DNA from: Candidatus Bathyarchaeota archaeon
GTDB taxonomy: Archaea > Thermoproteota > Bathyarchaeia > Bathyarchaeales > Bathycorpusculaceae
Assembly (NCBI GenBank): GCA_963702095.1
Contig: OY969706.1
Span: forward strand, 2,240,001 to 2,304,000
Direction of reading: 5' to 3'
DNA: 64,000 bases
In this document: positions 55,041-64,000 of the stretch, piece by piece
How positions within the stretch are numbered: the first letter of the stretch is position 1
Layout of the letters: every line of letters begins with the position of its first letter
Made by a program: the position numbers and the translations under genes
The notes under the pieces: generated by a model
The model's input: only the letters and a program-made list of their open reading frames with translations
Told to the model about the DNA's origin: nothing
The model's database searches: none

Positions 55041-55265
55041 TATCGAATAGCCATAAACAGGCAATCACAGGTAGCTTAGCACTTATTCGAATTATTGGGT
55101 ACACCATACTCCAAGTTTCTTAATTTAAATCTTGTTGAAAGTGCAACTTACAACGGTTGAAAGGTTGAAGAAGACCAATCGCAAATAGATCCCTGAAGCG
55201 TTTGATAATCCGTCACATAAGGCAATGACAAAACTTAAAAATAATGAAAAACAAAAAGCTTGCAC

Positions 55266-56066
55266 ATGTTCCAACATGAAGAAGCCCTCCAAATACTTGT
55301 TGACTTCGGACTTACCCCTCTGCAATCAAAAATTTACATTTGCCTTATTACAGGCGGTTCAAATGGAATCGGAGTAAGAAATATTTCCGATATTTCGAGC
55401 GTGTCCCGAGAAGACGTTTACAGAGTTTTGGCAACACTCGAAAAAAAAGGTCTAGTTGAAAAGATAATTGCACATCCAACCAAATATAAACCGCTTCCAT
55501 TTGAAGACGGCGTTTACTTGCTTATTAAAAAAGAATCAGAGAAACTCCATGTGAAAGAAAAGAAGGCTAAATTGGTTCTTCAAAACATATCAATTCCAGA
55601 TGCCGACCCGATTGAAGAAGAATCGGCTTTCATAGTTGGGTCTGAATTGTCCTTATTACTAAAAAGGCTAAAAGATAAAATCGCCAATACCGAGAGAACA
55701 ATAGACATTATCTATTACAAGCCATTAAAAGTTATCTTATTTCATACGATTGATGAACTCCTCCAAGCATTAGAAAAAGGCGTAAAAATTCGAGTAATAG
55801 GCAGAGAAAACATCAATGAACCATTAAACGAAAACCTAAAGAAATTGAAGAAAAAAAACTCTTTTGAACTAAAAATAATAAACCAAGAAATCCCTGTCGG
55901 TCTATCTATTTTTGATGACAAAGAAGTAATACTTCGTACCGGCAAGAGTATCGTTCCAGTATTGTGGACAAATAACGAAAATATTGTGAAACTAACTTCA
56001 ATCTATTACGATAGTATGTGGAGTAACGGTGAAAAGCAAGAGATAATACTAGGGGATCAAGCATAA
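55266..56066 (+). CDS. TrmB-family transcriptional regulator
   Basis: FGLT.LQSKIY, REDVYRVL..LEKKGLVE and GVKIRVI. Confidence 0.88.
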   Translation: MFQHEEALQILVDFGLTPLQSKIYICLITGGSNGIGVRNISDISSVSREDVYRVLATLEKKGLVEKIIAHPTKYKPLPFEDGVYLLIKKESEKLHVKEKKAKLVLQNISIPDADPIEEESAFIVGSELSLLLKRLKDKIANTERTIDIIYYKPLKVILFHTIDELLQALEKGVKIRVIGRENINEPLNENLKKLKKKNSFELKIINQEIPVGLSIFDDKEVILRTGKSIVPVLWTNNENIVKLTSIYYDSMWSNGEKQEIILGDQA

Positions 56067-56223
56067 AAACCGGTTGCCTGCTTCACCCAAACCACCTTAT
56101 GCCTTCTTAAGTTAACATGCCCCCTGAAGAAAAGACGACAAAAAATCGAGTTAGCTCTCAAGATGCCACTAAACAAGACAACACTACTAGAAAGAAATAA
56201 AAATTCTGTTTCGGTATGTTGGA

Positions 56224-56336
56224 GGTTTGCTGGGGCTCTGGAACCCGAACTAAAGGAGAAAGAATGGAAAATGCAACTAAACCATTCTTCAACTACCCTA
56301 CTACTAGGTTAACTTTATCCAGAGCCCACTCAGCCC
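56224..56336 (-). ncRNA. BHB-closed RNA element, copy 6
   Basis: Same stems and bulges AGU/AAA. Confidence 0.75.
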
Positions 56337-56411
56337 ATTTTTTTATCCATTGCATTTATTGTTCCCAAAAAAAGGGAAAGGGAAATTTGTTTTGTGTTTG
56401 TGTGGTGGTGT

Positions 56412-59145
56412 TTAGCGTTTTCGTAGCATCAGCACAACGAGGATTGCGCCGACTAGGAAGACTGCGACGAGGATTGCTGCGACTGCTGGCAGGAAGTATG
56501 AGTCGATGCTTGATGAGTTGTTTGATGTTGGTGGAGGTGTTGTTGCTTGTTGTGCTACTGCGAAGCTGCTTTCTGCGTATGAGGATGCATAGCCGTTTGT
56601 GCCTGCGAAGGATGCGATGACTGTGTAGTCGCCTGCGATGTCGGGAGTCCATGTTAAGCTGTATGCGCCTGATGCGTCAGTGGTTGCTGTGCCTATGGAT
56701 CTGTAGTTGCCGTTAGAGTCAAGCACGTTGACATCGACTGTGACACCGGTAAAGTTCATTGGCGCTGGTTGTTGTTGATAGACATAGCCCATCCAGTCTT
56801 TCATGGATGCATCAGATGACACTGGAACACCGTTGGGGAATTTGGCTTTGGCTGCTGTTTGCTGTGTGCCTGCTGCAACGTCTGTGACTGTTCCACGGAT
56901 AACTATTGGTTGACCGTAACTTGCTGCTAGGTTTGGTGCTGAAATGGTGGTTGCGCTTGGTCCGCGGCCGACGCTGTAGATTTGGTTGTCGTAGCCGTTG
57001 AGGAATACTGAGTAGCCGTCTGCGATTGCATAGCTTTGAGCGGTGAATTCGCCTGTGTAATCTGAGAGCGTCCAGATTTCTTCGCCGGTGGTTGCGTTGA
57101 TTGCGCGTGCTAGGGCGCCTTTGTAGATTGGTGTGCGTATGGTGTGTTCACTGCTGACCAGGTAAACGACATCGTTGCCTACGGCGTTGATAAAGGTCGG
57201 GTAGTCACCGTAGGGTGTGTTGAGGCCTGCATATGTGCTGTTGCCTGCGCCGCCGTTGCCGTAAGTCCAAAGTACGTCGCCGCTGGCGAGGTCATAGCAG
57301 TAGACGATGCCGCCGTAGGAGCTGCTGTAGAGTTTGCCGTTAGCTACTTGTCCGTATGGTTGTGCTGGTGCTGGTTGACCGTAGTAGTCCCAGTCAGTCT
57401 GAGACTCGGTTGGACCCCACATTTTCTCGCCAGTCAGTAGGCTGTAACCGACGAAGTTTGTAGTTTCTTTGTATGTTTCAACAAATACGTTTGAAACTGG
57501 GTCAGCGCCTGCGTAATAGACAGTTAAGTTACCTGCTGGTGGATCGACAGTCGTAGACCACATCTGAGTACCAAAGTGAGCGTCAGAGACGTTGATGTTT
57601 AAGCCGTAGTAGTTGTAGGGTGTCCAGCTTGGAGTAGTGAAGCTTGAGGGAGCAGCTGGGTAAGAGCCGTTCTCGAGCAATAGCATGTTATTGTAGAATG
57701 CTGCTAAAACGGTTGGTGCGGTGGGTGCATTGTAATCTGCTAATGAGATGTTCCAGTCGTAACTGTATGTTGGGCTTGCGGGGTTAACGTCGTTTCCGTT
57801 GACGATGAAGTTGCCATTTGTGGTTGAACCGATCATGGACCAGGTTGCGCCGTTGGTGGCATTGTGGAGTGCTGGTGTGTAGCCACTGTAATCCCATAGT
57901 TTTGAGGAGTTCCATTCAGCAAGGTACCAGTTTGGATTGGTTGCGTTGCCATAGTTGGTTACTACGTAGCGTAAGTGTTCACCGTTTGGTCCCATAGCTT
58001 CAGTGCCTGCAGGAACGCCAGTGACATTGAACAATGCTGTGCCTGTTAATGCGTCGAATGCACGTGCAAAGTTGGAGGTGAACAGAATAGGTTGCATAAC
58101 ACCGTGTTGGTTGGGGTCTTCAAGGTCATAAACGTAGCCAAATGATAGTGCTGGAACATCATTGCGTGACCAGAGAACTTGGCCTGTGCGTAGGTCAACT
58201 GCATCGGTTGGACCTGAATTGGTGCCTGAGAAGCCGACAGGTTCAGTGTAGTACAGAATACCATCGATTACGATTGGGTTAGTGAATCTTTGCAGATATG
58301 CTGAGCCTTCAAAGTAGGTGTTGCCTTGGATTGCAACTGAGTCACCGCCTGTGATACCGCCCATTTGCAATGGCTTAGTCCACATAATGTGGCTTGTCAT
58401 TGGACCAACTGCATCACCTGGATAGCGTTGCATCACTGACCCAAAAGCATAGATTGGGGGGCCAGTGGTGAAGCTGGTGATGTCGCCGGAGCCAGTTGCA
58501 GATAAGACGGGTGCACCTGTGCCGAGCCAGTTAGAAGAGACTGTCCACCAGTCACTGTTAGAACCATAGATTGGTCTTGTCCAGTAATCGGTTGGCAAGG
58601 GGTTGCTTCCGATGGCTGCAGGGATTTGTTCTTCTTGTACGGTGAGGGTTGTTGAGGTATTGCTTGGCAGATAGGTATCATTGACTAGTACTGAGGTGGG
58701 GTTGTAGCCGCCTTCGTATTGTGCGTATGCCTGTCCTGGGAATGAGAAGTACAATTTGTAGACGCCGACTTGGTCAGGGGTGAATTGCATGTATTGGTTA
58801 GAAGTTGAGTCATGGACTATGTCGAAGATTTTTGTGGTAACGTTACCGTCTGGCGCAACGATTGTTAGGTTGTAGTTGTGGAAGCGGTAATTGTTTGCTA
58901 GAGCAGCAACAGCGTTAGATTCGAAGCCTGCGCCGAATACTTGGTCAACCCACGTGAAGATGATCATGGATTCGGCCGACGCCAACGGGGTCAGGTGTTG
59001 CTTCGATGTAGGCGTGGGTTGGGATTTCCCATGATGGAGTGTGTGCTGAGACGTTTGGTATGGCTGCGACAGCGATTGAAGTCGTTAGTAGTACAGTGAG
59101 GATGATAGCGATTAGAGCTTGTTTTGATTTTGCGAAGTTATTCAT
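56412..59145 (-). CDS. PQQ-like beta-propeller surface protein (paralog 6), apparent frameshift near 58975
   Basis: Signal-peptide ORF 58945-59145 joins the 857-aa ORF on removal of one base after PVGVG. Confidence 0.85.
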
Positions 59146-59380
59146 TATTTTTTCTCCTTTTGCGTGGCTGAATGGTGATCTAGAGCATTAATAAGAGTTT
59201 TCGATACAAATGGAATAAACAGCCAGTTTGCATCCCAATATGGCGATAATATTTAAAATCAGCGGCTGATAATGGTAAAAAAGCCGATTTCATAAAAAAT
59301 GGGCTACAACATCAAAAAGCATCATTAGTGGTGAACTTTAAATTGTTGTACATCCAACATAACCGTGAAAAGGGAACAGT

Positions 59381-60385
59381 GTGGTTAAAATAGAGCAATT
59401 CAGCGAAGTCCAAGCGAAAATTCTTAAACAGCTACTAGTTGACGGACGCAAAAGCGAGAAAGAAATTGCAGCAGCCACAGGGGTCTCAGAGCAAATTGTC
59501 AAAAAGAATTACCAAGAAATGGAAAAAAAAGGCGTAATCACAGGAGCAACCACACACATAAATTACAAACTGTTTGGCTACCAAGCAGTTAGTTACATCT
59601 CAATTAATGTACACTCCCAGCAAGCAGACAACCTCATCAAATACTTACGAGGGATGCCAGATGTCTACGCTGTTTATTCCACAGGGATAGGTGGAAGTGT
59701 TGATTGTCTGTTGATTCTAAGAACCTTCGAGCAATTAAACGAAGTCAAAGACTGCATTAAAAGAAATTTTTCCGTGCTTGAGATGAAGACTTCTATGTGG
59801 ACTGGAGTAAGAGAGATGAATTATAACATAGCAATCACTGAGGGAAATCGAAAAAATAATGGGTTAATCCACAGTGAGAAAACTAGTAGAGTAACCGCAA
59901 ATTTGATGCAGAAAACAGGTATAACCCTAGATGAGATCGACTTGAAAATGGCTGATCTTCTAACAGAGAACGGGCGGATACCTATCGAAGCCTTGGGTGA
60001 AAAATTAGGGCTTCCAACTTCAACTGCTAAAAGAAAGTTTGAAAGACTAAAAAACAATGGAGCTCTAAAAGTCACCATCCAGATTAGCCCATATAAAATC
60101 GGGTACCGTGCTCTTGGAATTTTTTTTGTAGTCACCTCAGACGAAGAATCCAGTCTCATTATCGACCAACTAAGCGAGATACCCGATATCATAAGCATAA
60201 TGAAAACAAGCGGAGATTATGATCTGCAGATATACGCGATGCTGCAGGACTTGGATCAGTTGCTTAACATTCAGGAAAGTATGGGTAAAATTCCGGGAAT
60301 AATAAAATTAGACACAGAACTATACAGATTTAGCGAAAAATGGATAAAATGGCCTACGCCAAGACAATATATGTCAACGCTATAG
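59381..60385 (+). CDS. Tandem (double) Lrp/AsnC regulator
   Basis: Two HTH-RAM units and GDYDL. Confidence 0.9.
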   Translation: MVKIEQFSEVQAKILKQLLVDGRKSEKEIAAATGVSEQIVKKNYQEMEKKGVITGATTHINYKLFGYQAVSYISINVHSQQADNLIKYLRGMPDVYAVYSTGIGGSVDCLLILRTFEQLNEVKDCIKRNFSVLEMKTSMWTGVREMNYNIAITEGNRKNNGLIHSEKTSRVTANLMQKTGITLDEIDLKMADLLTENGRIPIEALGEKLGLPTSTAKRKFERLKNNGALKVTIQISPYKIGYRALGIFFVVTSDEESSLIIDQLSEIPDIISIMKTSGDYDLQIYAMLQDLDQLLNIQESMGKIPGIIKLDTELYRFSEKWIKWPTPRQYMSTL

Positions 60386-60450
60386 AAAAAGGGCGTAAAC
60401 GGCATAAAAAAGCCAAGAATTAAATAATCAGAGTTTAATCTGTAGACCCT

Positions 60451-61455
60451 ATGTCCAACAGGAGACCAGCGACTGCCAAACTCAATGACTTAGACGCAAA
60501 GATTCTAAGAATTCTGCTAAACGACGGTCGAACAGGCTTCGATGAATTGGCGAAAGCAGGTAAAGTCACCAAGAACGTCGCATGGAAACGTTTTAGGGTA
60601 ATGGAGAAAAAGGGCATTATTAAAGGGGCAACTGTTCAAATCAATTATGGCCATTTTGGGTTTGCTGTAAATGCAACGCTGCTAATCAGTGTTAATGCTG
60701 AACATGTTGAACATGTTATGGAGCTTATTCCGAAGATAATTGAGGTGCAAGCCAACCGGCAGTATAATTGTGTCTACAATGTCAGAGCAGTTGCTTGTTT
60801 GAGGGACCTAAATGAACTGGACACAATAAAACAGACAATAAAACAAAAGATACCCACGATTGGGCTGAAGACGTACATTTGGACGGGTGTTAGAAACATA
60901 CCTGAAAACCTGAACCTTAGAGGTAACTCAAAATATCCAGATGAGAACGTCGGACAAGAAAAAGCTAAAAGGGCAAGCAGCCCTAAGCCCGAAAATCCAA
61001 TTGATGATCTTGACAAACAAATCACTGAAAAGCTTACGTTGGATGGACGAGCCTCGTTTACTCAAATTGCAAAACAAATTGGAGTATCCACGGAAACCGT
61101 CATAAACAGGTACAGTAAACTCAGGGAAAAGGGTTCCTTGAAGGCATCAATTCAAATTGACCCCAAAAAAATAGGTTACTACTCTCTGGTAGATTTCAAC
61201 ATAGCCTTTGCAGTGCCCGGCAGCATGTCAAATGTAATTGTTGATTCACTTACAAAAATACCTGACATAGTAAATGTAACCAAAGTAAGCGGCGACTACG
61301 ACCTCCAAGGAACCGCAATGGTTAGAGACATATCTGAATCCTTTGCTATTCAAGACCAAATTGCCAGAATCAACGGCATAACAAAAGTTGAAGTTAGTGC
61401 AAGAAAAATTCCCGACACTTGGCCGGCGCCACATCAACACATCTCAACTTTCTGA
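60451..61455 (+). CDS. Tandem (double) Lrp/AsnC regulator
   Basis: Two HTH-RAM units; paralog of the preceding gene. Confidence 0.9.
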   Translation: MSNRRPATAKLNDLDAKILRILLNDGRTGFDELAKAGKVTKNVAWKRFRVMEKKGIIKGATVQINYGHFGFAVNATLLISVNAEHVEHVMELIPKIIEVQANRQYNCVYNVRAVACLRDLNELDTIKQTIKQKIPTIGLKTYIWTGVRNIPENLNLRGNSKYPDENVGQEKAKRASSPKPENPIDDLDKQITEKLTLDGRASFTQIAKQIGVSTETVINRYSKLREKGSLKASIQIDPKKIGYYSLVDFNIAFAVPGSMSNVIVDSLTKIPDIVNVTKVSGDYDLQGTAMVRDISESFAIQDQIARINGITKVEVSARKIPDTWPAPHQHISTF

Positions 61456-61480
61456 ATTTCCTGAAACTCTTGTCTTTTAG

Positions 61481-61582
61481 GGTTTGCTGGGGCTCTGGGA
61501 CAATTAAGGAGAAAAGAATGGAAAATGCACTAACCATTCCGGACCGAAACCGCGTAATTTAAATCCAGAGCCCATTCAGCCC
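61481..61582 (-). ncRNA. BHB-closed RNA element, copy 7
   Basis: GG-GCUG-AAU-GGGCUCUGG...CCAGAGCCC-CAGC-AAA-CC; bulge variant AAU. Confidence 0.72.
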
Positions 61583-61633
61583 ATTTTTATGCATTTTTTC
61601 TTCCAAAAAAAAGGAAGAGGGGAAATTGTTTTT

Positions 61634-64000
61634 TTATGGACGTTTTCTGATGAGTAGTGCCAGTACAGCGCCGATAACGATGATTACCACGATTATGGCG
61701 ATGCCTATGGTCAAGATGTAGCTTTGAGTTGATGCCATGTCAAGCGTCGACTGTGTTGAGGTTGGTTGAGGTGGCTGCATTACTGTGAAGTGGTCTTCAG
61801 CGTATGATGGCCAATAACCGTTGGTGCCAACAAAGTTTGCGTAGACTGTGAAATCGCCAGAGATATCAGGAGTCCAAGTATAGCTGTAGATGCCTGTTGC
61901 ATCAGTGGTTGCAGTGCCAATTTGGCGGTAGTTACCATTGGAGTCAACAACGGAGAGAGCCACCGTGACACCAGTATAGTTGCTTGGTTGAGGCTCTTGC
62001 TGGTAGACATAGCCCATCCACTCTTTCATGCATGCGTCAGATGCAACGGGTACACCGTTTGGAAAGCGAGCAGATTGTTCATCTTGGGTTGTGCCGCTTG
62101 AGATATCAATGACTGAACCAGTGATGACTAGGGGTTGTTCCCATGCTAAGCCAGAGTGTGGCGCTGAAACTGAAGTAGTGCTTGGTCCTCTGCCGACGAC
62201 GTAAATTTGGTTGTCGTAACCGTTAACCAGGTGTTGAAGCCGTCTGCCATAGCGTAACTCATTTGGCCGAATTCCATAGTAACTGAGGAGATAGTCCAGA
62301 TTTCTGAACCGTCAGTTGCGTTGACTGCGCGGGCTAAACCACCCTTGTAGATGGGTGTAACCCATGTGTGTTCGGTTGTAGTCAAGTAGACAACGCCGTT
62401 TCCAACCGCATGTATGAAGGTTGGGATGTTACCGTATGGCCATGCAAAGCCGCTGTTTGTACTGTTACCTTCTCCGCCGTTGCCGTAGGTCCAGTCTAAG
62501 TTACCGGTTTTTGCGTCATAGCAGTAGAGTATGCCGCCCATTGCCATGCTGTAGAGTTTGCCATAAGCAAATTGACCAGATAGGACACCAGCGCTTGTGC
62601 TGCCGTAGTAGTCGAAGGCTGCCTGTTGCTCAGACATCCAAGTTTGTGCGCCTGTGTCTAAGTCGAATGCAACCCATTTTGTGGCTTCTTTGTAGGACTG
62701 CAGAAAGACGCGTGATTCCCAGTCGACGCCGCCTTGTACGACGGTGTAGTTGTTTGCTGGTGGGTCATATGTCTTCGACCATGATACTGAGCCGATTGCG
62801 CCTTTAGAAGAATCAAGGTTGACTAAGAAGTACGTGTATGGCGTTGTGCTTATTGTGCCGAAAGCCAAGTTTTCGCCGTTACAGGGCAATGTGCCGGTAT
62901 AACAGAGTATGCCATCTCCATATTTAGCTGCAACTATGGTTACTGGAGTTGTATCGGGCTTTGTGTTTAGCCAAGGTATTGAAACGTTCCAGTCGTAGAG
63001 TGTGTTAGTACCAGTGGAAACGCTACCATCTTTTACGCCAGTCATTGAGGGAGCCGCTGAAGTGCCAGGCAGAAAGACCTTTGTGCAGTTCCATTCGCCT
63101 AAGCGCCAATCGGGGTTTGTTGCGTTGCCTGCGTTAGATAGTACATAGTTTAAGTATTGACCGTCTGGACCCATTGATCTTCCAGAGGTGAATGTTGGTA
63201 CGTTGGTGATGTTGAATAGCCAGTTTCCTGTATATGCATCATAGCCCAGCCAAGTGTTTCCGACGATAGCGATTAAAACAGGTGGACATACACCGTGTTC
63301 GTTTTGGGTTTGAACGTTCATGATTAAGCCCATAGACAATGCAGGTACATCAGTTCTTGACCAAATTTCTTCTCCTGTCCGTAAATCAACGCATGTTGTA
63401 GGTCCATAGCCTGCTCCAGGGTTTTGTCTGTAGCCTGTGTTGCTGAATGAGATTGGTTCAGTGTAGAAGAGCATTCCGTCAAGTATGATTGGGTTGTTGT
63501 ATCTGATGAGGTAAGCTGAGCCGTCGAAGAAGGTTTGTCCGGGGATGTCATAGTTGTTTCCGCCGACCACACCTCCGCTCTGCATTGGTTTAGTCCACAT
63601 AATATGACTTGTCATAGATCCGATAGCGTCGCCAGGGTACACTGCTAAACCGTTAGATGCGCCCATGAGGGCATCGGTACCTGTTGCTGTCCAGCCGCCA
63701 TAGTTAGGTGCAGTTATACCGAGCCAGTTGGATGAGATGCTCCACCAGTCAGTGTTTTCACCATAGATGGGGCGAGTCCAATACTCAGATGGAAGCGGAT
63801 AGCTGGTGATGGCTGGGGGTATGGGTTCTTGTTGTACAGTGAGGGTGGTTGATGCACTGCTTGGGAGGAAGGTGTCGTTGACGTATAGTGAACCGGCTGG
63901 TTGGTCTGCTGCAGTTATGGTTTGTCCTGGATAGGTGAAGTTTATTGTATAGGTTCCGACTTCGGTTGGGGTAAAGGTTGTGGCTTGGTTGGATGTGGTG
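61634..64000 (-). CDS. PQQ-like beta-propeller surface protein (paralog 7), 5' end outside window, apparent frameshift near 62225
   Basis: Close paralog of 936-3591; adding one base restores W-x-NGYDNQIYVVGRG. Confidence 0.85.

Noticed and set aside
39478-64000. Diversity-generating retroelement or invertase-driven shufflon acting on the propeller genes
   Set aside because: No reverse transcriptase or recombinase is in the window, no adenine-specific TR/VR pair was seen, and all paralogs share one orientation.

Overview
This is an archaeal chromosome segment. The TACK-like 23S rRNA, egsA, aIF1A/aIF2-alpha, rpl14e, cbf5 and the expanded secreted beta-propeller family suggest Bathyarchaeia (inference). 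Housekeeping content: larB, translation factors, two tRNAs, a 23S rRNA gene with no adjacent 16S or 5S, glycogen debranching enzyme, a histidine kinase, cbf5, kamA plus an EctA-like acetyltransferase, egsA and an FKBP. Seven paralogous ~870-930 aa membrane-anchored PQQ-like beta-propeller surface proteins lie on the minus strand. One is at the left end and six form an array from 39.5 kb, and each fully visible one has its own regulator upstream. The main finding is a conserved ~100-110 nt non-coding element 50-70 nt downstream of every propeller gene. On the gene's strand it folds into a bulge-helix-bulge (BHB) motif, the substrate of the archaeal splicing endonuclease. It encloses an 86-102 nt RNA with a conserved inner hairpin and an anti-Shine-Dalgarno-like tract. 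An eighth, diverged orphan copy at 21.9 kb keeps the fold through compensatory and G-U changes that work only on the minus strand. This points to a family of excised, possibly circular RNAs linked to surface-protein cassettes, which I do not recognise as a described family. Also present: two further dispersed non-coding repeat families, cassette-specific operators, a tRNA-flanked mini-island, an atypical tRNA-Thr, and several micro-ORFs below the ORF-track cutoff. All pairings and alignments were done by eye and no searches were run.
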